This document shows, one piece after another, positions 1-10,475 of a DNA stretch of 64,000 bases (positions are counted from its first letter, which is position 1; every line of letters starts with the position of its first letter). A program made the translations under genes and the position numbers. The notes below the pieces were generated by a model, which saw only the letters and a program-made list of their open reading frames with translations, was not told the origin of the DNA and searched no databases. Source of the DNA: Planctomycetota bacterium (GTDB lineage: Bacteria > Planctomycetota > Phycisphaerae > WQYP01); contig JAKAEZ010000001.1 in the NCBI GenBank assembly GCA_021819825.1, forward strand, positions 3,521 through 67,520, in the 5' to 3' direction.

Positions 1-673
1 CGCGTAACAATTGAATCGTTGACGCGCGCTGCGAAGCGCGGAACACGGCCGCTCCCGCCACCAGCACGTCCGCCCCAGCTTCCAGGGCGTCATGCGCGGT
101 GCGTATGCCAATACCGCCATCAATCGATAGCCGCTGACGCGGTTCCAGCTCATTACGCAGCGTGCGCACCTTGTTGAGCACTTCAGGCATGAAGCTCTGG
201 CCGGTAAAGCCTGGATGCACGCTCATCACCAGCACCAGATCAACCTGATTAAGCACCGCACCAATCGCTTCCGGCGGGGTTTCGGGGTTGAGGGAAATAC
301 CCGCAGTCGCCCCAAGATCATGGATGCGTTTAATTAAATCTACCGCACCAAAACGCGTCAGGCCCGGCGCTTCAATATGGAATGTAATATGCCCCGCCCC
401 GGCTTCAATAAATGGCTTAACAAAATCCTGCGGATCGGTCACCATCAGATGCACATCCTGCATAAGATGACACGCCCGCGCCAACGCCAGAACAATATCC
501 GGCCCCATGGTTAAATTGGGGACAAAGTGGCCATCCATCACATCCACATGCAGCAGATCGGCACCGGCACGTTCAATATCCGCGGCTTCTTCGGCCAGGC
601 GGCCAAAATCAGCCGCCAGAATGGACGGCGCTACCAGAGGCAAATGCGGCGGACGCAAAAAAACGCTGTTCAT
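1..673 (-). CDS. rpe: ribulose-phosphate 3-epimerase (C-terminal end runs off the window edge; absent from supplied ORF track)
   Basis: Manual minus-strand translation from ATG at 673-671: MNSVFLRPPHLPLVAPSILAADFGRLAEEA..LHVDVMDGHFVPNLTMGP..HLMV..MSVHPGFTGQSF..IDGGI. These are classic Rpe motifs. Confidence 0.9.
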   Translation of the reverse strand, partial: MNSVFLRPPHLPLVAPSILAADFGRLAEEAADIERAGADLLHVDVMDGHFVPNLTMGPDIVLALARACHLMQDVHLMVTDPQDFVKPFIEAGAGHITFHIEAPGLTRFGAVDLIKRIHDLGATAGISLNPETPPEAIGAVLNQVDLVLVMSVHPGFTGQSFMPEVLNKVRTLRNELEPRQRLSIDGGIGIRTAHDALEAGADVLVAGAAVFRASQRASTIQLLR

Positions 674-836
674 TCTTCAGGCATCCCAATGTCGCCAACA
701 AAAACACGCTTAGCCAGAGCGGCCCAATTAACCAACCCCGTTCGCACGATCCGCATTAAACCGGGGCATCCTACGGAACCTTTCAGCGGCGCTATACCGC
801 AAAAACGTTCCCTTTCCCCGTTTCATTCTTTTTAAA

Positions 837-2027
837 TCATACCGTGTCGAGAATATCGATGCACGGAAATCCGCGGCCTTCCATAAATTCGAGACTGGCC
901 CCCCCACCCGTGGACACGTGCGACACTTTGGCAGCCAAGCCAAACTGCTCGATGGCTGCCGCGGAATCACCACCACCTATGATGGTCGTGGCTCCATGCC
1001 CCGTAATTTCCGCCAGGCTTTCCGCCACAGCCCGGGTTCCCGCCTGGAACGGCTTTTTCTCAAAGACTCCCATGGGACCATTCCATACCACTGTGCGGGC
1101 GGAACGAATCCGATTCTTGTAATCGGCAATCGTTTTGGGGCCAATGTCCAGACCTTCTTTGTCATCCGGTATTTTGCCTTCCACCACCGCAGTGACGGCT
1201 GTATCGGAAATTTCCGATGCTACGACCGTATCCATTGGTAATACCAGCTTGCCCTCGCCCTTCGCCAGCAGATCGGCCGCCAGATTTACCTTATCCCGTT
1301 CCGCCAGAGATTTGCCGATCTGCTTGCCTTGCGCCAGGAAAAACGTATAGGCCATTGCTCCACCGATCAGGATGGTGTCGGCCTTTCGCAGCAGATTTTC
1401 AATGACGGCAATTTTATCGGAAACCTTGGCACCACCGAGGATGGCAACAAAGGGGCGGTTGGGATGATCCAGTGCCTCACCAAGAAACTTCAATTCTTTT
1501 TCGATCAGGAACCCGATGACGCGCTTACCCGATCCTAAAATCTCGGCCACACCATACGTTGAGGCGTGTTGCCGATGCGCCGTACCAAAGGCGTCATTAC
1601 AATACAGATCGCCCAGCTTGGCCAACTGGGCCGCAAAGGCCGGATCATTTTTTTCCTCACCTTTATGGAATCGCGTATTTTCCAACACCACCACATCGCC
1701 ATCGGCCATTTGGGCAACCATGGCTTCCGCTGCCGGGCCAACGCAATCTGGGGCCAGCTTTACATTCTTTTTTAACAAAACGCTGAGATGTGCCGTCGCC
1801 GGCTGAAGTGAAAACTTCGCCTCCGGTCCGGACTTGGGCCGCCCGAGGTGGCTCATCAGAACCGCTTTTCCGCCGCGTTTGATAATATTCTCAATGGTCG
1901 GCAGTGCTGAAACAATTCGGCGGTCATCGGTAATTTTTCCGGCTCCATCCAACGGGACATTAAAGTCCACCCGCACCAATACCCGCTTGCCTTTAACATC
2001 CAACTGAGCGATTGTTTTCTTTGCCAT
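837..2027 (-). CDS. pgk: phosphoglycerate kinase
   Basis: 396-aa ORF with [22 protein letters not shown] and STGGGASLE motifs. Confidence 0.97.
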   Translation of the reverse strand: MAKKTIAQLDVKGKRVLVRVDFNVPLDGAGKITDDRRIVSALPTIENIIKRGGKAVLMSHLGRPKSGPEAKFSLQPATAHLSVLLKKNVKLAPDCVGPAAEAMVAQMADGDVVVLENTRFHKGEEKNDPAFAAQLAKLGDLYCNDAFGTAHRQHASTYGVAEILGSGKRVIGFLIEKELKFLGEALDHPNRPFVAILGGAKVSDKIAVIENLLRKADTILIGGAMAYTFFLAQGKQIGKSLAERDKVNLAADLLAKGEGKLVLPMDTVVASEISDTAVTAVVEGKIPDDKEGLDIGPKTIADYKNRIRSARTVVWNGPMGVFEKKPFQAGTRAVAESLAEITGHGATTIIGGGDSAAAIEQFGLAAKVSHVSTGGGASLEFMEGRGFPCIDILDTV

Positions 2028-2256
2028 TTTTTCCTACTTCTTGAACATACCTTCATCCCACAACCAACACACGGTGCGGAAACAAGCCGTTATGCTAGGA
2101 AATACCTATCAAGTGGTCAAGCGACATGACAGCGACGAAATGACAATGACACGATGCGACAATGGCAGCGCGGAGTCCATTTCCGTTAGAATTCCCGCGA
2201 TGAAAGATGTAGTGACAAATTCCCATGCGCTCACGGAGAAACAAAATCACGGCAAT

Positions 2257-3837
2257 ATGCCCGAACACCGCCCGTCGGTGCGCTGCCGGATTCTGGTATT
2301 GGCTGCTGCCTTCGCGATTCTACTGGTCGTGCTGCAAATTTGGCAGTTACCCCGGATTGCCGGTTGGACTTTTTTTTCCTTTTTTGATCCCGGCACCGCT
2401 TTAAAAGGTGATTTGCTGATTTCCATGGGAATGAAGCCGGCGATTGATTTTGGCTATACCCACGGTTTAGCAAGCTTAATGGTGGCCCACTTGGGTTTCG
2501 TGCTTCTGGGCCGCACTCCGGCGGCCTATCTGGTGATAACATCCGTCATGGAAGTGCTCATGGCTGTGATGATTGCGCGCTTCGCAGTCGCGATGAAATT
2601 GTCACGCCCGGCGTTGGTATTTTTATTTATCGCATTGCCCGTAGCGATTATGCCATGCTATTTGACCCTCACTCACCCGCTGGAGGCGTTACTGCTGCTG
2701 TGGGCGATCGCGGAACAGGCCGGTGGCCGGCGGCAACGCGCGCTGGCGATCTGCACGGCGTGCTTATTTGTTAAACCCTCCATGGCCTATGTGTACGGTT
2801 TGCTGCTGGTGATTTGGACGATTATAGATTGTTACCGTCATGAGCGCCGCTGGTCGGGATTATTGCGCCGCACCGCACCGGCGATGGTAACCGGTGTACT
2901 GATGGCGGCGGCGATGATCTGGCGATTTGGAATTCAATCACTGCTTTTAACTATCGTGCCAATCACCGGCATGCGCACCTACAAAGATACCCATTTCGGC
3001 TTTTTTTCCGGCAGTGGTTTGCAGTTCTGGTCACCGGCCTATCACCCATGGTATTACTATATTATTACACCTGCCGGAGTTTGGCTGGCGATGTCCGCGA
3101 TCTTGCTGTGGGTTTTATTGATACGTGGATTGCGGCAAAAACATTCTCCGGAAAATATCGGCAAGAGGCATTATGTTGGCGGCCTGATCACCGATTGGGT
3201 GCATACGCCCAACCGTTTAATGGAAACAGCGCTTTCCATCGCGATCATGCACATCGCTTTCGTGCTGGGTTTTTACGGCTGGAAATATGCCTGGGAATAT
3301 TATTCCTATTTGCCGGTTCTGTTTACGGCTCTGGTAATCAGCCGTTGCCGGACCAGGCAGGTACAGGTGGCAACGGTGCTGGGAATTATGGCGCTGTGCA
3401 GTCAGGCCCGCAACATCGGCCTGACGTTCTGGTGCTGGCAAAATAAAACACGCGATCAGCAAACCGGATATCTATGGGCCTATCCGCAGCAAGCCGCTCA
3501 ATGGCGGTATGTCTGTCGGAAAGTGCGGGGCCATCCCACATTGATACTTTCCAACGGCTACTTGCCATGGATGCCCAAGGGCATGACCATGCCCCTAAGC
3601 TGGTTTCCTGAACCGGGAATTCCCACGGCCATAGAAATGCGACGGCTTAAGAGCGAAGCTATGGCGGCTCATTATATTGTCGTAAGGCACGGATATGGGA
3701 AGTTCGGCTTATGGGTTAATCCGGCCTTCGCGTGGGTTCGCCACAGATTTTCACTGCTGTGGCAAGGGCAATACTTTTCGATTTGGCGGACTAATGCTTC
3801 TCCAACCACTGCTGATAATTCAGCCGCGGCATATTGA
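2257..3837 (+). CDS. polytopic membrane protein, function unknown
   Basis: ORF 2041..3837. I place the start at ATG 2257 (MPEHRP..), just before the first of many hydrophobic spans. No catalytic motif recognised. Confidence 0.55.
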   Translation: MPEHRPSVRCRILVLAAAFAILLVVLQIWQLPRIAGWTFFSFFDPGTALKGDLLISMGMKPAIDFGYTHGLASLMVAHLGFVLLGRTPAAYLVITSVMEVLMAVMIARFAVAMKLSRPALVFLFIALPVAIMPCYLTLTHPLEALLLLWAIAEQAGGRRQRALAICTACLFVKPSMAYVYGLLLVIWTIIDCYRHERRWSGLLRRTAPAMVTGVLMAAAMIWRFGIQSLLLTIVPITGMRTYKDTHFGFFSGSGLQFWSPAYHPWYYYIITPAGVWLAMSAILLWVLLIRGLRQKHSPENIGKRHYVGGLITDWVHTPNRLMETALSIAIMHIAFVLGFYGWKYAWEYYSYLPVLFTALVISRCRTRQVQVATVLGIMALCSQARNIGLTFWCWQNKTRDQQTGYLWAYPQQAAQWRYVCRKVRGHPTLILSNGYLPWMPKGMTMPLSWFPEPGIPTAIEMRRLKSEAMAAHYIVVRHGYGKFGLWVNPAFAWVRHRFSLLWQGQYFSIWRTNASPTTADNSAAAY

Positions 3838-4492
3838 AGCGATCACGGGAGCGCACATACGTCGCCGGAGCACCCATGCGCCCGACCGGGTGGAACGCTT
3901 CGGTACGAATATGCTTTTTGTCCGCATCGTAAATTTCATCGGCAATCCGCAAATGCACGATTTGACCGATGAAAACAAGATTATCTCCAATCTCGATATA
4001 TTGCACCAGGCGGCATTCAAAACTTGCCGCGGATTTTGCCAAATGGGGAACCTTCACTTGTCGGCCCGCGGCACAGGCTAAACCGATTTTTTCCACTTCG
4101 CTGGTGCCATGGGGAAAATCCACGGAACATTCGTTCATTTTTTCCACCATTTCTTCGGTTACCAGGTTCACCACAAATTCACCGGTGCTCCGGATGTTTA
4201 AGGCAGTGTCTTTCGGCGTATTGGTTCCCGGTCGTCGCCCGATTCCAACCGCCAGAATCGGCGGTTCAGCGCCAAGCATATTAAAAAAGCTAAATGGTGC
4301 CGCGTTAATGACTCCTGCCGCATCGATACTGGTGATCCAGGCAATCGGCCGCGGCACGATCAAATTGGTCATGAGTTTATAAGAAAACAAATAATCCGTT
4401 TGAGTAATATTAAATTCCACGTGGATAAAACTCCATACTGTCCAAGATACTCTACCACGGTATCTTAGCCGCACAGCTCCCCGGTTCGCCAT
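3791..4492 (-). CDS. flavin reductase-like FMN-binding domain protein
   Basis: LIVPRPIAWITS..INAAPFSFFN..VVNLV pattern of the flavin reductase (DIM6/NTAB) family. Start is uncertain (ATG 4492 or GTG 4420). The 3' end overlaps the convergent ORF by 47 nt. Confidence 0.75.
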   Translation of the reverse strand: MANRGAVRLRYRGRVSWTVWSFIHVEFNITQTDYLFSYKLMTNLIVPRPIAWITSIDAAGVINAAPFSFFNMLGAEPPILAVGIGRRPGTNTPKDTALNIRSTGEFVVNLVTEEMVEKMNECSVDFPHGTSEVEKIGLACAAGRQVKVPHLAKSAASFECRLVQYIEIGDNLVFIGQIVHLRIADEIYDADKKHIRTEAFHPVGRMGAPATYVRSRDRFNMPRLNYQQWLEKH

Positions 4493-4500
4493 ATTCGAGT

Positions 4501-5238
4501 TTGGGGGATCCTTTCGTTGCCCCACCGCGGGGCGGAGCCATACAATACTCCACAAGATATCCGAACAGGCCAACAGCACTGGAGTGCACATTGTTTGCTT
4601 TAATACTTAATACAATTGATACGATCCACACACTGGCTTATATCCGTCTGGGTGCGGGGTTTCCCAAGTCAGTCGGCTCCATCATTTTTGAAAATCATTG
4701 GGCCATCTGGGCCGCAATGTTTTTGTGTGCCATTGCGGCGATCTGGCGGGGGCTTAATACGCAACGGGCCGCACTGCGAAATCTCGGGATCGCCATTTTC
4801 GCGGTTACGCTCCTTTGGATTTTCACTGCGGTACTGGTGGTAACTCCGCATGAACGACTGGTAAATGCCAATGACGCGATCGTCAGCGCAGCCGCGCACG
4901 ATGACGTGCCGGCCATCATGCGCTATATTTCACGACGTGCCACCTTTGGCCAATGGAATTATGCCCAAATGCAATCCGGCCTGGCGGATCGACTGAAATC
5001 CGCCCATATCACCGGCAATATTATTCGTTCCATGTCCGTGCAGATGCGTGGCAATCAGGCCGTTACGCACCTGGTAATCTGGACCAGCACCCGCGATTAC
5101 GGCCCGGTAACCACCTCCTGGCGTTTTATCTGGCTGGATCACCGCCGACCAGGTAATTGGCGCATAATGGAAGTTGATTTGCTAACGATCAATGGGCACC
5201 GCGCAAGGCCGGGAGCCGTGATTCCCATGCCGCGCTAA
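4501..5238 (+). CDS. hypothetical membrane protein
   Basis: 245-aa ORF opening with TTG. It has 2-3 hydrophobic helices followed by a soluble domain. No family recognised and the start is uncertain. Confidence 0.4.
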   Translation: MGDPFVAPPRGGAIQYSTRYPNRPTALECTLFALILNTIDTIHTLAYIRLGAGFPKSVGSIIFENHWAIWAAMFLCAIAAIWRGLNTQRAALRNLGIAIFAVTLLWIFTAVLVVTPHERLVNANDAIVSAAAHDDVPAIMRYISRRATFGQWNYAQMQSGLADRLKSAHITGNIIRSMSVQMRGNQAVTHLVIWTSTRDYGPVTTSWRFIWLDHRRPGNWRIMEVDLLTINGHRARPGAVIPMPR

Positions 5239-5251
5239 CCAAGCTGGGTTA

Positions 5252-6241
5252 TCAATAAGGCCCGCGAATGTGTGCGGCAATATCCGTTGCGTACAATTCT
5301 CGCAATTGTTTATGCAACGGAGCCGGCAGGGGTGGAAGATCGCTGGATTTGGCGTTATTTAGCGCCTGTTGTGGCTTGGAAGCGCCGGGAATAACCGTTG
5401 TTACCGCGTCGTAATCCAAGATCCAACGAACGGCAAATTCCGCCATGCTTTGATTCTGTGGCACCCATGCTTTCAATCGATCCGCAAGTTCCACGCCGCG
5501 CGAAAATTCCAAACCGGCAAATGTTTCACCGACATTAAACTTCTCTCCGTTGCGATTAAAAGTGCGATGGTCACCGGGCGCAAAGGTGGTATCACGCGTG
5601 TATTTGCCGGCAAGCAATCCGCTGGCCAGCGGCAGGCGCACGATAATGGCGACGCCCTTTTCCTTCGCCTCGGCAAATAATTCATCCATCGGCTTTTGTC
5701 GGAAGATATTGAAGATAATTTGCAGGGAATCACAATCCGGTTGTTGCAGGCATATTTTTGCTTCCTGCATGGTCTCTACACTAGCCCCAAAATGCCGGAT
5801 GAGTTTTTCGTCTTTTAATTTTCGTAACCAGTCAAAAACGTGTCCCGCTTGCAGGTGCCGCATGGGTATGCAATGCAACTGCGTTAAATCCAGCGCTGCT
5901 ATGCCCAGTCTTTCCAAGGAGCGTAAGGTGCATTCGCGCAGCATATCGGCTGTGTAACCATCGGGATAGCCGTTAAGCCTTCCGAGTTTGGTAGCGATAA
6001 ATACAGGCTTGGCCCCGGTCGGCCGTGATTTGAGATATTTGCCGATCAGCCTTTCGCTTCGGCCGTTGCCGTAAACATCCGCTGTATCAAAAAAGGTAAC
6101 ACCGGTCTGATCGGCGGCTTGAAGAATTTCCATTGCCCGCTGTTCGGGTACATCCCCCCAATCAGCGGCACCAAGCTGCCAACAGCCTAATCCAATTTCC
6201 GAAATACTGGCCCCGATCCGACGTGAAGTGCGATACCGCAT
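5252..6241 (-). CDS. aldo/keto reductase
   Basis: GLGCWQLG..FFDTADVYGNG..LDLTQLH..IPGASK motifs. ATG 6241 is preceded by AGGAG. Confidence 0.85.
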   Translation of the reverse strand: MRYRTSRRIGASISEIGLGCWQLGAADWGDVPEQRAMEILQAADQTGVTFFDTADVYGNGRSERLIGKYLKSRPTGAKPVFIATKLGRLNGYPDGYTADMLRECTLRSLERLGIAALDLTQLHCIPMRHLQAGHVFDWLRKLKDEKLIRHFGASVETMQEAKICLQQPDCDSLQIIFNIFRQKPMDELFAEAKEKGVAIIVRLPLASGLLAGKYTRDTTFAPGDHRTFNRNGEKFNVGETFAGLEFSRGVELADRLKAWVPQNQSMAEFAVRWILDYDAVTTVIPGASKPQQALNNAKSSDLPPLPAPLHKQLRELYATDIAAHIRGPY

Positions 6242-6388
6242 GGATAAATTCTCCTGCCTGAAATAACCGGCTTTATGGTAATACAAAACCATGAATTGTG
6301 GCAGCGCATGGGCGGAAATCGCTCCAATATTATGCAGGACTACCGGCTAATCACGACGCCGTTTCAATTTCTGGTCCCGGGTTGGCAT

Positions 6389-7486
6389 TCATCTCCATAG
6401 GTCCAAGAGGCCTTCGGCGCGCCCGGCGAAACCGAGGTTTTGGCACGCGAGAACAAGCGACTGGGCACAGCGGGTATTGTATTCTTTAGGCCATCCTCCA
6501 GGCGGCCAACGCGAGTCAATCATGCCGTTCAGAGCGATTATTCGCGCGGTTAACCAATCACCAGCCTTCACAGATTTTTCCAGCGCCCGTCCCCACGCCG
6601 CACCATCTGCCGCCGCCCCGGACGCAAAAATATCGTGGACGATCGGCGATCCGGAAAATTTCGTGTAGAGATCCGCACCGCGGAGCAGGAACTCCGCCAC
6701 CACCGCCAAGTCCGTGTGCCACGCACACGGCACGAGATTATGCGCCGGCCACATTCGCCCCCATTCTCCCTCCGCCAAGCGAACGAAGTGGTGGGCCGCT
6801 CGCTCAGGCGATCCCTTCGCCGCCTCCAACGCGCCGAGGCACCAGTGCGAGTTGAGAAACCGCGGGTCGGTGACCAGGATTTCCTTATAAATTTCCAGTG
6901 CCTTGGCGACGCTTCCGTGTTGCCGAAAGTAGTCAGCCTCCGCCGATCGGAAGACGGGCACCAGCTTCTGGGCACCACTGGCGGTCCTCAGGGTATCAAC
7001 TGATGATGCTTCTCCCGTCCCCATAAACTCTTTCACCAACCTGGCGCAATTGGCCGGGACAACACCCGGAACGCCAGAGAGTCGTCGACTCTGCTCGATG
7101 AGAGCTGACGCACGAACTGGATCCTTCTCCTCGAATCTCACCCGGCAAAGGTCAATTAATACCATCCGCAAGACTGCGCTAAAATCTCGGCCAAGCGAAC
7201 TGACTTTTCCCGTCTCACCGTCAAGCCAATCCCAAAAGTACCCATCGCCCTCCATCAGCGGCGCACGTAGGCAAATCGCACAGCCATCGTATCGATTCTG
7301 TATTACCGGAATCAGTTCGGGCCAGAGCATACCCGGCTTACGCTTGACGATCTCCTCGGGGTCAAGAATCTCATACTCATCCGTGAGCGTTAAAGCCCCC
7401 GATTTCTCAACCCGTGCACGCAGCGTCAAAAAATCCTCTGGAAGCTGTATTTGGTACCGTGATTCAAGTTGCTCGAATGGCGACAT
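6389..7486 (-). CDS. SMI1/KNR4 (SUKH-1)-like putative immunity protein with C-terminal TPR-like region
   Basis: N-terminus LPEDFLTL..EILDPEEI..WPELIPVIQNRYDGCAICL matches the SMI1/KNR4 pattern. ATG 7486 is preceded by GAAGGAG. It lies directly downstream of the RHS-tip ORF. Confidence 0.6.
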   Translation of the reverse strand: MSPFEQLESRYQIQLPEDFLTLRARVEKSGALTLTDEYEILDPEEIVKRKPGMLWPELIPVIQNRYDGCAICLRAPLMEGDGYFWDWLDGETGKVSSLGRDFSAVLRMVLIDLCRVRFEEKDPVRASALIEQSRRLSGVPGVVPANCARLVKEFMGTGEASSVDTLRTASGAQKLVPVFRSAEADYFRQHGSVAKALEIYKEILVTDPRFLNSHWCLGALEAAKGSPERAAHHFVRLAEGEWGRMWPAHNLVPCAWHTDLAVVAEFLLRGADLYTKFSGSPIVHDIFASGAAADGAAWGRALEKSVKAGDWLTARIIALNGMIDSRWPPGGWPKEYNTRCAQSLVLACQNLGFAGRAEGLLDLWR

Positions 7487-7597
7487 TTCAAACTCCTTCT
7501 GTATAACGAAAACACCCGCGTGCCGCCGTTGCGCCACTACAAAATATAACGGTTCGAGGAACTGCGGTGAGTACGCGGTGGGTTCCCCCTCCGAACA

Positions 7598-8467
7598 TCA
7601 TGCGGTGGGGGGTGGCGGCCCTCCCACATTGATCGGTTGAGGCACCAAATCTCGAAGGATATCGACGGGAAGAACGATGAACATTGGAACGTTCTCCGTA
7701 CCCTCCGTAAGCCCCTTCAGAAAGTCACCAAGCTTGTCCAGAAAGCTAGGCGTCGTCGTGATCCCTTTTAAGAACCACTTTATGACCTTGTTGTTAGATT
7801 TGCGGATGGCCTTGACCAGATTTTTCGCCTCCTGCGTCGTCATCTCGGTTGGGCATATCCCGTGATCCGCAAGATATTTTTCGATTGCAGCCCTCACTGC
7901 GTCGTTATATGCGAAGTGCCGCCTGGTGAAGTTCACATGGTAGGCAGCGCCCAATGTCGCTCCTTTGAAGAATTTAACGGCGGCCGGGCTGAAAGTTATC
8001 CGAGTGTCGTTGTCAAAGTCATAAAGGCTCCGCGGGATGATACGGTGGAACTGGAGGCCCCACGGATCCACATTCCCCACCGGATTGCCCATCACAAACT
8101 GATAGGCATTGGCACCGTTGATGTATTGCAGCGAATCCTGCCTCGACACACTACCAAGCGATGGCGAGTAGTTGCGATTGTGGGTGTAGTAGAGGCTAGT
8201 GACGGAATCCATTCCGATAGCCATCGGGATTTGATAAGGATTATTCACCAGCGGCTGCGTGCCGGACGCGGGCGTTCTCCAATCGGCGGAACACAAGAAG
8301 GCAGTTTGTGGGGCAGGCGTCTGGCCTGCCCTTGGAAGCCTTAACCTGGGACTGCATCTATTCTTAGCCGCCGTTTTTGGCGTGGTTTCCGAAACTGTGT
8401 TATTCATCGCGACCATAATGTCGTCCAAACTTCTAATCCTTGGCCAACCACAACCGCAGACACCCAA
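7598..8467 (-). CDS. orphan RHS-core fragment plus ~150-aa C-terminal toxin-like domain (truncated, lacks the YD-repeat shell)
   Basis: NNPYQ..SLYYTHNRNYSPSLGSVSRQDS..NAYQFVMGNPVGNVDPWGL resembles the RHS repeat-associated core ending in DPxGL, in degenerate form. The ORF opens with TTG; the first ATGs are at 8416 and 8407. Confidence 0.55.
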   Translation of the reverse strand: MGVCGCGWPRIRSLDDIMVAMNNTVSETTPKTAAKNRCSPRLRLPRAGQTPAPQTAFLCSADWRTPASGTQPLVNNPYQIPMAIGMDSVTSLYYTHNRNYSPSLGSVSRQDSLQYINGANAYQFVMGNPVGNVDPWGLQFHRIIPRSLYDFDNDTRITFSPAAVKFFKGATLGAAYHVNFTRRHFAYNDAVRAAIEKYLADHGICPTEMTTQEAKNLVKAIRKSNNKVIKWFLKGITTTPSFLDKLGDFLKGLTEGTENVPMFIVLPVDILRDLVPQPINVGGPPPPTA

Positions 8468-9077
8468 GCATTACAATTTCATCTATTTTACCGCCATGCC
8501 ACACACAATCCAGCAAGCCGCCAAATCCGCCGCCGGTTCCATTAACTAATCACGTCGCCGTTTCACCTCTCGTAGGAATAATCAATCGTTCCCGATACGC
8601 TGGTCCTCCAGCACCGAGGATTTCGCCCTCCCTGACTCAATCTGCCGTTGGGATAGACCATAGAAATCAACAAGCTCCCGGGTAGTCGAATCACTGAATG
8701 TATATTGTACCAATGGAGTCGTATTGATGTACACCGCACCGGTGCCCCTGCGACAGACACTCCTTTTCCCAGCCGAATTTGCTCACCTGTTCACCTGTTC
8801 CAAACTCTACTGATCCATTGGGCCGCAGCTCAATTTGCCCTACTGCTCGCTTGTTGAGCTCTGTTGCCCCATTGACGCGGAAATCTCCGGCCCCATCGGG
8901 ACGGGCCTTTTGCCACAGGAGCGTCCATTCCGGGCTCTCGGCGAAGCCGCCATTACACTGCGGGAAGACCAGGTTAATCGGCCTGAGAGATTCGTGTTTC
9001 GCCCGATAATAATTTATTTGATTATTTTGTCTTTTTTTTATTGACAGTCTGAGAAACCAGCGTATTCTGTATCGCAT
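8468..9077 (-). pseudogene. decayed YD/RHS-repeat remnants (multiple frames, stops)
   Basis: YD-like motifs lie in three different frames separated by stops: VHQYDSIG, VYPNGRLSQ, DYSYERGE, and then GGGFGGLLD. Confidence 0.4.
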
Positions 9078-9307
9078 CTTGCGGAGAGGGAGAAATCGGA
9101 TTTTCTTCCTAAAAAATCATTCAGGGATTGCAACGGCTTAGCGGCGATCGGAAATTTGTTGGCCGAAAAATTTCGACCAACACCACGGGATTACCGCGCG
9201 CCCGTTGCTTGTAAATACATCTTTGCCGGGTACGTGCTTTTTCAGCATGGGGCGTTTGTTGCGCCTTGTGCAAGGTGATTTGGACAGTTTTTTGGAGGAA
9301 GTTGACC

Positions 9308-10291
9308 GTGACAAAAACTTGGGTTCTCATGCAGGGGCGTAGCAGCGCCGGGATGGTGATCGCAGCCACGCTGTTGCTGTCGATGGCCGCGAACAAGGCC
9401 CACGGATCCGTGCAGGATACGCCGGTTTCGCTGACCAGTTCAAGCTGGAATGCGGATGTGGTGTATGGGGCTGCGGTATCCGGGCCGGACTCGGCAACAG
9501 CTTTCGGCGGCCAATACGCGTGGGACGGCGCGGACGCTTTTGTTTCCGGGACGGATTACCTTAGCCCAAACGTAACGTTACCAACGTATATAAGTCCGAC
9601 TACCGGATACTATGACACCAGCCATGTGGTAGATTTCTCATCCGCCGTCACAAATTCGATAATGGCGACTAATACCGAATTCGAGTTCCAGCCGTTTACA
9701 TCGGACAACGTTAATTTGTTTTCCGGTGGCTCAACCGGAGGCACGTTAACCCTTACTGCCGCCACCGCGTTTGACAACATAGCCATCTTGGCCGCATCCG
9801 CGGGATCCGGTCAGGATTACGTAACGGTTGACATAACCCTACATTTTGCTGACGGCTCAACGAGTTCGCTGATGCCTTACAATGTTTATGACTGGGGTAA
9901 ATACTCTGGCGGAGCGGGTGCCCTCCCGAATGCAGTCGACCGCAGCACCGCCAGCAGCACGCTCACCCCCGAAACATCATCGCAATTGGACTATAACAAT
10001 CCGGCCGACTTCCAGATGTACGAAACAGATTTCAATCTTGCTGGCTTTGGCTATTCCAACAAGGCCATTACATCCGTTAGCTTTAGCGCCCCATCCAGTG
10101 GTGATGTCGGTATTTTCGCATTAAGCGGATACGCCAATCCTACACAGCCGCTGCCCGTGCAGCCCACCGCTCCTGATCCCGCAGTTACGCTGCCCGGCTC
10201 CTTGCTATTAACATTCTCCGGCGGAACCCTGCTGGCCCTGGCCGCCATTGGTCGACGATTCGCACGCTTGCGGTGGCCAATGATCCGGTAA
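9308..10291 (+). CDS. exported protein with PEP-CTERM-like C-terminal anchor
   Basis: Signal peptide ..GMVIAATLLLSMAANKAHG. C-terminus LPGSLLLTFSGGTLLALAAIGRRFARLR. GTG 9308 lies 9 nt after GGAGG (alternative start ATG 9329). Confidence 0.6.
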   Translation: MTKTWVLMQGRSSAGMVIAATLLLSMAANKAHGSVQDTPVSLTSSSWNADVVYGAAVSGPDSATAFGGQYAWDGADAFVSGTDYLSPNVTLPTYISPTTGYYDTSHVVDFSSAVTNSIMATNTEFEFQPFTSDNVNLFSGGSTGGTLTLTAATAFDNIAILAASAGSGQDYVTVDITLHFADGSTSSLMPYNVYDWGKYSGGAGALPNAVDRSTASSTLTPETSSQLDYNNPADFQMYETDFNLAGFGYSNKAITSVSFSAPSSGDVGIFALSGYANPTQPLPVQPTAPDPAVTLPGSLLLTFSGGTLLALAAIGRRFARLRWPMIR

Positions 10292-10475
10292 GGGCATCCC
10301 GGCGTATGACTTGGCAATTCCATGGGGCTTGGGCGGTACTTTCAGGCACGGCGCACCTGTTGACGGCTCATTCATTTTTGCGACTACTGGAATTTTTTCG
10401 CGGGCCGCAGATAATAAGGGGCTTGGTTTTTGTGGCGCGGGCCGCTGGTTGTGGATACGCATTGGAATTTACCGC

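Noticed and set aside
2041-2256. N-terminal 72 codons of ORF 2041..3837
   Set aside because: This hydrophilic stretch starts 14 nt from the divergent pgk start. The internal ATG at 2257, just before the first TM helix, is the more plausible start.
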